The notes under the pieces: model-generated
Database searches by the model: none
What the model was told of the DNA's origin: nothing
What the model saw: the letters and a program-made list of their open reading frames with translations, nothing else
NCBI GenBank assembly: GCA_964483275.1
Contig: CAZACH010000001.1
Coordinates: 1 to 36,472 of the forward strand
DNA: 36,472 bases
DNA from: an uncultured Sphingomonadaceae bacterium
GTDB taxonomy: Bacteria > Pseudomonadota > Alphaproteobacteria > Sphingomonadales > Sphingomonadaceae
Reading direction: 5' to 3'
Program-made: the position numbers and the translations under genes
Shown here: positions 16,831 through 25,030 of the stretch, in pieces
Numbering within the stretch: the stretch's first letter is position 1
Layout of the letters: each line of letters starts with the position of its first letter

Positions 16831-17613
16831 TCAGGCCTTTGTGCTGATCGGCGGACGAATGAAGACCTCGTGCAGGTTGATGTCGATCGGCTGTTCCAGA
16901 ATATAACGCACGATGTTCGCGACATGCTGCGGGTCGGCCACGGTCTTGCCGATATCGGGGCTGTCGGGCGCGATGCCAAGCCGATCGAGATTGTCGGCGA
17001 TATTGGACATGGAGCCGGCGCTGAAATCGCGCGCGAGATTGGTGGCGAAGCCGCCCAGCACCACCGTCGCGACCCGGATATCGTCGCGCTCGACTTCCTT
17101 GCGCAGGGTTTCGCCGATCATCTCGGCGGCCTTTTTGGAGATGCCATAGACGCCCGGCTCCTCGAACCGCCCCTGCACCGAGCCGATGTTGATGACATGG
17201 CCGGGCTTGCCGTGCGCCCGCATCGCCTTCACCGCCGCCTGGCTGCCCTCCAGCTGCGCCATGACGTTGATGTCGAGCATCGCCTGCCAGCGCTCGATGG
17301 TCCCTTCCATCAGCGGTTCGGGATACATCACCCCGGCATTGTTGATCACCGCGAAAAGGTGCGGATGGTCCTGCCCGATCTTCGCGATCAAATCCTGAAG
17401 CGGGCCGCGCTGCCGCAGGTCCATCGCCACGCTGACGGCCGGCGGACCGCCCGCCTCGGCGATCGACCGGGCGGTGCGGGCAAGCTCCTCATCCGATCGC
17501 CCGACCAGCCAGACATCGGCGCCGCACCTGCCGAGTTCGACCGCGATCGAACGGCCGATCCCGCTCGAAGCGCCCGTCACCACCGCCGCGCGGCCTTTGA
17601 AAAGCTCGCTCAT
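16831..17613 (-). CDS. SDR family oxidoreductase
   Basis: 260 aa, SD GGAGAGGG upstream. AAVVTGASSGIGRSIA (TGxxxGxG), NNAGV, and YGISKKA (YxxxK). Confidence 0.9.
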   Translation of the reverse strand: MSELFKGRAAVVTGASSGIGRSIAVELGRCGADVWLVGRSDEELARTARSIAEAGGPPAVSVAMDLRQRGPLQDLIAKIGQDHPHLFAVINNAGVMYPEPLMEGTIERWQAMLDINVMAQLEGSQAAVKAMRAHGKPGHVINIGSVQGRFEEPGVYGISKKAAEMIGETLRKEVERDDIRVATVVLGGFATNLARDFSAGSMSNIADNLDRLGIAPDSPDIGKTVADPQHVANIVRYILEQPIDINLHEVFIRPPISTKA

Positions 17614-17785
17614 CCGTGCATCCCTCTCCGTCGATGGAGGCTTCGCCCATCGCGCCGGCGTTCACCGGCGAGCCGTGGGCGTTCGTTCGATGCACGCATT
17701 CTGCGCGTTCGCCGGGCGGCGCGCTAGGACCGAAACTCCTGCAAACGCAACCGATCGTCCGACGCGGAAGATGCGGCGGACGGGA

Positions 17786-18202
17786 TCAGTCGCCGAAGAA
17801 ATTGAGTTCGAGCATCAGCTCGTTCGGGTCGGAAACGAACAGCTGGCGCAGCCCGGCGGCGGGCACGTCATTGGCCAGAAAAGCGGTGCCGCTGTCGCTC
17901 AGGCGACGGCGCATGTCGTCATAGCCGGTGCAGCGCATCGCGACATGGTGCACGCGCCCCGATCCCGGCGCGCTCGCTTTGACCGGCACGCCGTCAATCT
18001 CCCCCGGATAGGGCAGGGAGACATCGCCGACATGCACGGCGGCGCGCCCTTCGGCGTCGCATATCCACACGCTCTTGTCGGGATCGCTGGAGCCGGGCGA
18101 CGGCGTGATCGTCATGCCGAGCACATCCGCGAAGAAGCGCGCCGTGCCGGGCACGTCCGGCGTGCGGATATTGACGTGATCGAGGCCTTCGATGCGTGTC
18201 AT
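17786..18202 (-). CDS. VOC (glyoxalase/bleomycin-resistance/extradiol dioxygenase) family protein
   Basis: 138 aa, SD GGAGGA 10 nt upstream. LDHVNIRTPDVPGTARFFADVLGM, HHVAMRC and ELNFF are typical paired beta-alpha-beta-beta-beta module signatures. Confidence 0.8.
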   Translation of the reverse strand: MTRIEGLDHVNIRTPDVPGTARFFADVLGMTITPSPGSSDPDKSVWICDAEGRAAVHVGDVSLPYPGEIDGVPVKASAPGSGRVHHVAMRCTGYDDMRRRLSDSGTAFLANDVPAAGLRQLFVSDPNELMLELNFFGD

Positions 18203-18218
18203 GCGGCATATCCTCCGG

Positions 18219-18521
18219 TCAAAGCTCGATTTCGAGCGAATCCCCCTCCGCGCGGCAGGGCAGCAAGGCCAGCGGCTTGGTCGTCAGCGGCGACATCGAG
18301 CGGCCGTCCTCAAGGCTGAAGCGCGCGCCATGATGGGGGCAGATTATGCTTTCGCCGCGCACCCGGCCACCCTCCAGCGTCAGATTCTGGTGCGGACAAT
18401 TGTCGCGCACGACATAGACGCCCTTTTGCGAGCGGCAGACGACCAGCCTTTGGCCCTCGACCTCGACAATCGCGGAGCGGCCCGGCGCGATGTCCGGCAA
18501 TGGCAGCTTCACATTCGCCAT
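18219..18521 (-). CDS. Rieske [2Fe-2S] ferredoxin-like protein
   Basis: About 100 aa. The ORF-track start is TTG 18524; the adjacent ATG 18521 has SD GAGGAAG 8 nt upstream. Rieske motif CPHQ-x16-CPHHG (CxH...CxxH). Confidence 0.85.
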   Translation of the reverse strand: MANVKLPLPDIAPGRSAIVEVEGQRLVVCRSQKGVYVVRDNCPHQNLTLEGGRVRGESIICPHHGARFSLEDGRSMSPLTTKPLALLPCRAEGDSLEIEL

Positions 18522-18583
18522 CAATCAAACTTCCTCGTCTTTTCCGTTGTCGCCTCCAGCCGATCCTGCCGCAGACGGCGCTG

Positions 18584-18615
18584 CGCGGGCGCCCGCGACT
18601 CATGTCGGGCGCCCG
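18584..18615. promoter_or_regulatory. Twin GC palindromes in the GMC/Rieske intercistronic spacer
   Basis: CGCGGGCGCCCGCG (18584-18597, a perfect 14-bp palindrome) and CGGGCGCCCG (18606-18615). Centres are 20 bp apart. The two copies can also pair with each other as a 10-bp stem with a 10-nt loop. Confidence 0.3.
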
Positions 18616-18633
18616 CCGGGTTCGCATCGGATA

Positions 18634-20265
18634 CTAGGCCGCGTTACGCAACCGCGCATCCTCGATGATGAGATCGGAGGCACGCCAGCCCGTCGCCATC
18701 GCCGGGGCGTTGGTGTTTCCCGAAATCAGCCCCGGCATGACCGAGCAGTCGACCACCCGAAGCCCGTGCACGCCGCGCACGCGCAGCCGCTCGTCGACCA
18801 CCGACGCCGGGTCGCGGCCCATGCGGCAGCTGCGCACCGCATGCGTGCCGCACAGCGCCTGCGCGCGCACCGCCGCAAGGATCTCGTCGTCGCTCTGCAC
18901 GCTGGCCCCCGGCTGGCTTTCGCCGGCGATATAGGGCGCCAGCGCCGGCTGGCCGACGAAGTCGCGGACATAGCGGACGATGTCGATCGCCGCGCGGCGG
19001 TCATGCTCGCTGGCCAGCCAGTTCGGCATGATGTCGAGCGGCGCGTCGGGGTCCTTGCCGCTGATCGCCAGCGCGCCTTCGCTGTCCAGCCCGATCAGCT
19101 GCACGGTGACGGTCATGCCCGGCTCGCGCTCGACCGACTCCATTGGCGCGACGACGCTCTTGTCCTCGGGCACCTGCAAGGTCCAGCCGCTGATATAGAG
19201 CTGGGCATTGGGGCGCGGCTGGGCCGGGTCGGTCTTGACGAAGGCGCCGACCTCCATCGCGCCATTGGCGAGCGGGCCGGAACGGAACATCAGATATTTC
19301 ATGACGCTCGCCGCCAGTCCCAGGCCATGGAGCTGGTGGTTGACGCCCTTGTCGCCGCGCAGGCGATAGGTCAGCATCAGGCCCAGATGCTCCAGCACGC
19401 GGCGGCCGACATCGGGGCTGTCGTGCACGACCTCGATGCCCTTGTCGCGCAGCAGCGCGGCCGGCCCGATCCCCGACAATTGCAGCAGCTTGGGCGAGAC
19501 GATGGTCCCCGCCGACAGGATCACCTCGCCATGGCTGAGGTAGCGCACCGGCTGGCCATCGGCGCGGCCCTCGACACCCGCCGCGCGGCGGCCCTCGAAG
19601 ATCACGCGGTCGACATGCAGGCCGGTCACGATCTTCAGGTTCGGGCGATTGCGGATCGGGTCAAGGAAGGCCACCGCCGCGCTCTGCCGCCGGCCGTTCT
19701 TGATGTTGTAGGAATAATAGCCGATGCCTTCCTGATCCTCGCGGTTCAGGTCCTCATAATGGCGGGGAAGGCCCATCTCCTCGCCCGCCTTGATCGCGGC
19801 TTCGGCCAGCCGGTAACGGAACTTGTTGGTCGAGACATGGACCGGCCCGCCGGCGCCCCGGACGCCGTCGTCACCCAGTTCATGATCCTCGATGGAGCGG
19901 AACGCCTGCTTCATCGCCGCCCAGCCCCATTCCGGCCCGGCCTCGTTCTCCCAGATGTCATAGTCCTGCGGCTGGCCGCGCACATAGATCATGCCATTGA
20001 TCGCCGACGATCCGCCGAGGCCGCGGCCGCGCTGCCATGTCTCGCTGACCGCGCCGGCCTCGTCCTTGACCGGATAGCTCCAGCAATGCTTGGGATCGAG
20101 CACCAGCTTGCCGATGCCCTTGGGCATCTCGACCAGGAAATTCTTGTTCTCGCCGCCGGCCTCGATCAGCAGCACGCGCATGGCGGGATCGGCGGACAGG
20201 CGATTGGCCAGCACGCAGCCGGCGGAGCCGGCGCCGACGATGATATAATCGTAACTGTCTGCCAC
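18634..20265 (-). CDS. GMC-family FAD-dependent oxidoreductase (choline/alcohol dehydrogenase-like)
   Basis: 543 aa, GTG start with SD AGGAG 6 nt upstream. YDYIIVGAGSAGCVLANRLS (FAD GxGxxG), GGSSAINGMIY, C-terminal HAVRSCRMG and NTNAPAMA blocks. Confidence 0.92.
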   Translation of the reverse strand: MADSYDYIIVGAGSAGCVLANRLSADPAMRVLLIEAGGENKNFLVEMPKGIGKLVLDPKHCWSYPVKDEAGAVSETWQRGRGLGGSSAINGMIYVRGQPQDYDIWENEAGPEWGWAAMKQAFRSIEDHELGDDGVRGAGGPVHVSTNKFRYRLAEAAIKAGEEMGLPRHYEDLNREDQEGIGYYSYNIKNGRRQSAAVAFLDPIRNRPNLKIVTGLHVDRVIFEGRRAAGVEGRADGQPVRYLSHGEVILSAGTIVSPKLLQLSGIGPAALLRDKGIEVVHDSPDVGRRVLEHLGLMLTYRLRGDKGVNHQLHGLGLAASVMKYLMFRSGPLANGAMEVGAFVKTDPAQPRPNAQLYISGWTLQVPEDKSVVAPMESVEREPGMTVTVQLIGLDSEGALAISGKDPDAPLDIMPNWLASEHDRRAAIDIVRYVRDFVGQPALAPYIAGESQPGASVQSDDEILAAVRAQALCGTHAVRSCRMGRDPASVVDERLRVRGVHGLRVVDCSVMPGLISGNTNAPAMATGWRASDLIIEDARLRNAA

Positions 20266-20301
20266 GCTATTCTCCTTGTCTCATTGTCGGGCGGCCGCGA
20301 A

Positions 20302-20727
20302 TCATTGCGCGCCGTCGATCAGGATCACCGCCATCCGGCAGCGGCCCGGCCCGCGATTGACCCAGGCATGATCGGCTTGCCGCTGCACGAAGGTGTCGCC
20401 CACCTTGAGCACCGTCTCGGTGCCGTCGAGCAGCAGCGTCAACTCGCCCTCGATGATCACGCCATAGTCGATGGTCCGGGTGGCGTGGACGAACGGCTCC
20501 GCGCTGTCGTCCGGCGGGAACTCGGCGATCCGGAACACGCTGCCGCCGGCGGGCGGATCGAGGCTCCAGGCAACGCCCTCCGCTTCCTCGCCCGTCGGCA
20601 GGGGCGCGCGCCAGACCTCATAGACCCGCGCGCCGCCGCCCATTTCGACCACGGGCGCCGCGCCGTCCGACGCGATCGCATGCGCGCTGCCGGGCGGCGC
20701 GGTGACAACGCGTCTGATGCCGTTCAT
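20302..20727 (-). CDS. Cupin domain protein
   Basis: 141 aa, strong SD GAGGAGGGG. The H-x-T...IDYGVIIEGELTLLLDGTETVLKVGDTFVQ...HAW pattern is typical of small single-domain cupins. Confidence 0.7.
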   Translation of the reverse strand: MNGIRRVVTAPPGSAHAIASDGAAPVVEMGGGARVYEVWRAPLPTGEEAEGVAWSLDPPAGGSVFRIAEFPPDDSAEPFVHATRTIDYGVIIEGELTLLLDGTETVLKVGDTFVQRQADHAWVNRGPGRCRMAVILIDGAQ

Positions 20728-20845
20728 CCGTCATCCCCTCCTCGATCCCGTCATTGGCTGACGGCGGGTTTCATCCTGTCGCGGGGAATAATGACGGAGA
20801 TCGTATGATAGGCAACTATTTTTTGGGGCGGGCGGGCAACAGCCG

Positions 20846-21970
20846 TCAGCCCTGCCCGTCGAGCCGATCGATCGCCGCCGCGAAACGCTCGATATGGCTG
20901 TCATTATCCCCCAGCAGACGGGCGATGACGTACAGCCTCCGATAATGGTGGCTGATGTTCAGCTCCTCCGTGACGCCGATACCGCCATGCAGCTGGATCG
21001 CCTGCGCGGTCACGAACAGCCCGCCATGGCCGGCCTGGACCTTGGCCGCCGAGACGCCCGCCTGGCGCATGAGCGGATCATCCTCCGCCATCGCGCCGAA
21101 GGCATGGAACAGGGCGGAGCGGGCCAGCTCGACCTCAATCAGCATGTCCGCCATGCGATGCTGCAGCGCCTGGAAATTGTTGAGCGTCGTGCCGAACTGC
21201 TTGCGGACCCGCAGATAATCGCGGGTCGCCCACAGCGCCGCATCCATGATGCCCAGCGCCTCGCCGCACAGCGCGACCGTGCCGTGGTCGACGGCGCGGG
21301 TGATCGCCGCCTCGGCCTGCGGCCCAAGCGCCAGCTGCTCCGCCGCGACATCCGCGAACGTCAGGTCGGCGACGCGGTGATTGTCGAGCGTGCGATAATC
21401 GCGCCGGCTCAGTCCCGCGGCCTTCGCGTCGACGAGATAGAGGCCGACCTCACCATCCGCGCGCGCCGAGACGAGGAGCTTGTCCGCCATCGCCGCGCCA
21501 TCGACCAGCGACTTCGCGCCGTTGAGTCGCAGGCCGCCATCCGCTGCCTTTGCAACTATTGCCTCGATGAACGCCGCATCGCCCCGGCCATCGGCTTCGG
21601 TCAGCGCCGGGAAGATGCGCTGCTCGCCCATCACCGCGGCGGCAAGGAGCGTCGCCGCCTGCTCGCCGCCCAGCCCGGCGAGGAGCTGGGTCGCCATGAC
21701 GTGCGCGACGAACGGCTCGATCGCCAGCGCACGGCCGAACTCCTCGGCGATCAGGGCATTTTCGATGGCCCCGCCGCCGAAGCCGCCTTCTTCCTCGGAC
21801 AGGCCGGCGCCCAGCCAGCCCAGTTCCGCGAAGGTCGGCCAATGATCGGGCTGCGCGCCGGGTGCCGAGCGGATGATGTCGAACCGCGTCTCCCATCCAT
21901 ATTCACGCTCGGTGAACCGGCGCACGCTGTCGCGCAGCGCATCTTGCTCGGACGTGTAGCTGAAATCCAC
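20846..21970 (-). CDS. Acyl-CoA dehydrogenase family protein, probable non-catalytic (beta-type) partner
   Basis: 374 aa. GTG start 6 nt after the stop of the upstream ACAD. ACAD fold blocks: FAELGWLGAGLSEEEGGFGG, RKQFGTTLNNFQALQHRMADM, LHGGIGVTEE. By eye-alignment it lacks Glu at both known catalytic-base positions. Confidence 0.85.
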   Translation of the reverse strand: MDFSYTSEQDALRDSVRRFTEREYGWETRFDIIRSAPGAQPDHWPTFAELGWLGAGLSEEEGGFGGGAIENALIAEEFGRALAIEPFVAHVMATQLLAGLGGEQAATLLAAAVMGEQRIFPALTEADGRGDAAFIEAIVAKAADGGLRLNGAKSLVDGAAMADKLLVSARADGEVGLYLVDAKAAGLSRRDYRTLDNHRVADLTFADVAAEQLALGPQAEAAITRAVDHGTVALCGEALGIMDAALWATRDYLRVRKQFGTTLNNFQALQHRMADMLIEVELARSALFHAFGAMAEDDPLMRQAGVSAAKVQAGHGGLFVTAQAIQLHGGIGVTEELNISHHYRRLYVIARLLGDNDSHIERFAAAIDRLDGQG

Positions 21971-21976
21971 GGTTGT

Positions 21977-23179
21977 TCAGAGCCCCAATACAGTCTTGGC
22001 GATCAGCGTGCGCTGGATCTCGTTCGCGCCGCCATAGATGGTCGTCGCGCGCCGGAACATCGCCTTCGCGGCAATGCCCACGCCATAATCGGGCACCGGC
22101 GGGTCCCAGGGATCGTCCGACATGCTTTCCTCCGGCTCCGGGTTGCGCATCACCGCAAGCCCGTGGTCGCCCAGCGCCTCGGCGGCGAGGTCGGCGACCC
22201 GCTGGCGCAGTTCCGATCCGCGCACCTTGACCACCGACGCGACCGCGCCGCCATCATGCTGCGCCCCCGAGAGCGCCCGCAGCACCGCCGTTTCGAGCGC
22301 CATCGTGTCGATCTCGATGCGGGCGAGGCTGGCGCGGAAGCGCGGGTCCTCGATCAGCGGCTTGCCGTTGCGCCGTTCCCGTCGGGCGATGTCGCGCAGC
22401 TGGCGGATGTCCCGCTTGGTGTGCGGCACCTCCGCGCTGGTCGTGCGCTCATTGACCAGCAGGAACTTGGCATAGGTCCAGCCGGCGCCTTCCTCCCCGA
22501 CAAGGTTTTCCACCGGCACCCGGACGTCGTCGAAGAAGAATTCGTTGACGGTCAGCCCCTCGTCCATCGTCCAGATCGGCCGGCGGGTGATGCCGGGGCT
22601 GGAAAGGTCGATCAGCAGCGCGGAAATGCCCTGCTGGGGCTTCACCTCGGTATCGGTCCGCACCAGCATGAAGATCAGGTCGGCATGGTGGCCCTCGGTC
22701 GTCCAGGTCTTCTGGCCGTTGACGACATAATGATCGCCGTCGCGCACCGCGCGCGTCCTGAGCGACGACAGGTCCGACCCGGAACCGGGTTCCGAAAAAC
22801 CCTGCGCCCAGAAGGTGTCGCCGTTGCGGATGCCGGGCAGGTAGCGCTGCCGCATCTCCTCCGACGCGAAGGTATAGAGCACCGGCGCGACCAGTTCAGG
22901 GCCGATGCGATCCATCGTCGGCGCATAGGCGCGGCGCATTTCCTCCTCGAAGATGAAGCGCTGCACGCCCGTCCAGTCGGTGCCGCCATAGGCTTCGGGC
23001 CAATGCGGCACCGACCAGCCTTTTTCGGCAAGAATCTTGGCCCAGCGCGACTGGTCCTCGCGGCGGGCATGATAGTCCCGGCGCGCGCGGCGCTTCAGGT
23101 CCTCGGGCAGCTTCGCCTCGACGAAAGCCCGAACCTCCGCACGGAACGCCTTGTCGGCTTCGCTGAATGCTGGCTGCAT
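21977..23179 (-). CDS. Acyl-CoA dehydrogenase family protein (alpha-type partner)
   Basis: 400 aa. GWSVPHWPEAYGGTDW, AQGFSEPGSGSDLSSLRT, GQKTWTT, GEEGAGWTYAKFLLVNERTTSA, and the C-terminal TIYGGANEIQRTLIAKTVLGL. Confidence 0.9.
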   Translation of the reverse strand: MQPAFSEADKAFRAEVRAFVEAKLPEDLKRRARRDYHARREDQSRWAKILAEKGWSVPHWPEAYGGTDWTGVQRFIFEEEMRRAYAPTMDRIGPELVAPVLYTFASEEMRQRYLPGIRNGDTFWAQGFSEPGSGSDLSSLRTRAVRDGDHYVVNGQKTWTTEGHHADLIFMLVRTDTEVKPQQGISALLIDLSSPGITRRPIWTMDEGLTVNEFFFDDVRVPVENLVGEEGAGWTYAKFLLVNERTTSAEVPHTKRDIRQLRDIARRERRNGKPLIEDPRFRASLARIEIDTMALETAVLRALSGAQHDGGAVASVVKVRGSELRQRVADLAAEALGDHGLAVMRNPEPEESMSDDPWDPPVPDYGVGIAAKAMFRRATTIYGGANEIQRTLIAKTVLGL

Positions 23180-23286
23180 CTGTCCTCTTTTTCCGGCTCT
23201 CTGCGGCCGCCCGGCCCTTCACCTAGTTCGCTAGCATATGGGTTTGAGCTTTACTATAGCGCCCTTGCAGACCGACAAGGAAGATC

Positions 23287-24171
23287 ATGACCCGCTTTGA
23301 CGAGACCCCGATGGGCACCACGCCCGTCAGCATCGCGACGATGCTCGAAATGGACCGGATCGCGCCGGATCGCTTCCGCAATCGGTATAACCAGCCCAAT
23401 CTCTATCGCGCCCTGTTCGGCGGCCAGATCGTCGCCCAGGCGCTGGCGGCGGCGGACGCGACGATCGGCGACGACCGGCGGGTCCACTCGCTCCACGCCT
23501 ATTTCCTGCGCGCGGGCGAGAATGAAAATCCGGTCGAGTTCGCGGTCGAGCGCGTGCGCGACGGCAACCGCTTTTCGACACGCCGCGTCATCGCCCTCCA
23601 GCACGGCAAGACGCTGCTGTCCATGGACTGCTCCTATCGCGTGCCGCTGCCCGGCTTCAGCCATCAGCGCGACACCGCGCTGCCGCTCAGCCCGGACGAC
23701 GCCATGTCCGAGGAGGCGTTCATCGCCGCCGCGCCGGAGAAGCTGCAACAATTCCTGCCGGCCTTCCTCGCCCATTATCCGATCGAGATCCGCATCCCCT
23801 CCCCCGTCGCCTATTTCGAGACGGTGCCGGAGGCGAAGCGCCATTACTGGCTGCGCGCGCCGGGCACGAGCCATGTCGAGGACCCGATGGTGCATCGCCA
23901 GATCCTCGCCTTCCTGAGCGACTTCATGTTCGTCGGCGTGCCGCTGTCCCGCCACACCATGGCCCTGCCCGGCCCGCACGTCTTCGTCGCGAGCCTCGAT
24001 CATTCGCTCTGGTTTCACCGCCCGGTGCGCTGCGACGACTGGCTGCTGTTCGAGACCGAGGGGCCGTCCGCCGAAGCCGGCGTCAACATGGCGCGCGGCC
24101 TCGTCTATGACCGCGAAGGCCGGCTGGTCGCGAGCATGGCGCAGGAGGCCTTGCAGCTTCCCGCCGACTGA
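23287..24171 (+). CDS. tesB: Acyl-CoA thioesterase II (double hot-dog)
   Basis: 294 aa. LFGGQIVAQALAAADATIGDDRRVHSLHAYFLRAGENENPVEFAVERVRDGNRFSTRRVIALQHGK matches the TesB N-terminal hot-dog wording as I remember it. Second half: ...SLDHSLWFHRPVRCDDWLLF. Divergent from the ACAD pair. Confidence 0.85.
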   Translation: MTRFDETPMGTTPVSIATMLEMDRIAPDRFRNRYNQPNLYRALFGGQIVAQALAAADATIGDDRRVHSLHAYFLRAGENENPVEFAVERVRDGNRFSTRRVIALQHGKTLLSMDCSYRVPLPGFSHQRDTALPLSPDDAMSEEAFIAAAPEKLQQFLPAFLAHYPIEIRIPSPVAYFETVPEAKRHYWLRAPGTSHVEDPMVHRQILAFLSDFMFVGVPLSRHTMALPGPHVFVASLDHSLWFHRPVRCDDWLLFETEGPSAEAGVNMARGLVYDREGRLVASMAQEALQLPAD

Positions 24172-24210
24172 CGGGGGGCGACGCGCCTGAAGACAGCGCC
24201 GCCCCTCTCA

Positions 24211-24328
24211 CCTCCGTTCGTCCTGAGCCTGTCGAAGGACGACAGCGCAAGCCTTCACCCGCAAGCGGCAGGCGCGGATCCCATAGGTTGGTACGGTCGT
24301 CCTTCGACAGGCTCAGGACGAACGGCGG
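24211..24328. repeat. REP/MITE-like element copy 2 (inverted orientation relative to copy 1)
   Basis: Left arm 24211-24241 is identical to 6582-6612. The right arm 24298-24328 matches at 30 of 31 positions. The spacer aligns by eye with the reverse complement of the copy-1 spacer (GCCTTC..ACCCG..AAG..GGCGCGGA..). The flanking G-rich run GGTGGGTGGGGG mirrors CCCACCACCA upstream of copy 1. Confidence 0.85.
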
Positions 24329-24373
24329 TGGGTGGGGGCGATGATTGACGGCACCCCCGATCCCGCCCCTGTC

Positions 24374-24991
24374 CTACGCCGCCGCGACGCGGCCCGCCCG
24401 CTCCGGGATCGTGTTGAGATAGACCGGGTCCTGCCGGTCCCGGCGGCCCGGCAGGTTGAAGACCGCGACATGGCCTTCGTCCTTGATCCCCGTCGACGGG
24501 CGGATGTCGCCCCATTCATTGGTGATCTTGCGCCGCAGAACCCGCCAGACGCCGTCCCGCCGCTCGAACAGGTCGATATAGCGGCCGCCGCAATAATAAT
24601 CGTGCGGCGCGTCGATGGTGCCGTCCTTCACGCGCGCGTCGGCATAGGTTTCGCCGAAGAAGGCCTTGATCCGCTCATAACCGCCCAGCGACTGCTGATA
24701 GGCCCAGTAATAGGCCTCCGACGTGGCGAAATCGCCGTCGACGTCGATGGTGCAATGCGTCACCGTATGGATGCCGCCGGTGATGCTCTCCGCCATCGCC
24801 GGGATGATGTAGTCGGCGAATTCATGGGCATTGCCCGAGAAGGAGCCGTGGTCGTCGGTGGCGTCGGGATGGTAGATGCTCTTGAGCAGTTCCTTGTCGA
24901 GCCTGTCGATAGCCCGGCAATAGAGTTTGAGGACCTGTTCGATTTCCTGCCGGTCGAGAACCAGCCGGAGCTGTGCATTGAGATCGCCCAT
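24374..24991 (-). CDS. NTF2-like / SnoaL-like family protein
   Basis: ORF 24374..25009 trimmed to ATG 24991 (GGAGAGGAG upstream). LDRQEIEQVLKLYCRAIDRLDKELLKSIYHPDA...GRYIDLFERRDGVWRVLRRK is the typical SnoaL_4/NTF2 pattern. Confidence 0.65.
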   Translation of the reverse strand: MGDLNAQLRLVLDRQEIEQVLKLYCRAIDRLDKELLKSIYHPDATDDHGSFSGNAHEFADYIIPAMAESITGGIHTVTHCTIDVDGDFATSEAYYWAYQQSLGGYERIKAFFGETYADARVKDGTIDAPHDYYCGGRYIDLFERRDGVWRVLRRKITNEWGDIRPSTGIKDEGHVAVFNLPGRRDRQDPVYLNTIPERAGRVAAA

Positions 24992-25030
24992 CACGTTACT
25001 CCTCTCCATTTGCGGCGCGCGGCCTGCCGG

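Noticed and set aside
18490-23290. + strand ORFs 18490..20808 (772 aa) and 20894..23290 (798 aa), the longest in the track after CAR
   Set aside because: They run antisense to GMC oxidoreductase plus cupin and to the ACAD pair respectively. The translations are monotonous (RRRAA, DHR, GRP repeats). Each spans several well-supported minus-strand genes, including their intergenic gaps.
6582-24328. REP pair as the ends of a composite transposon or genomic island
   Set aside because: There is no transposase, integrase, tRNA or direct target duplication, and no obvious GC or codon discontinuity. The arm motif is of a kind that is dispersed in many copies in sphingomonad genomes. Kept only as a modest-interest boundary observation.
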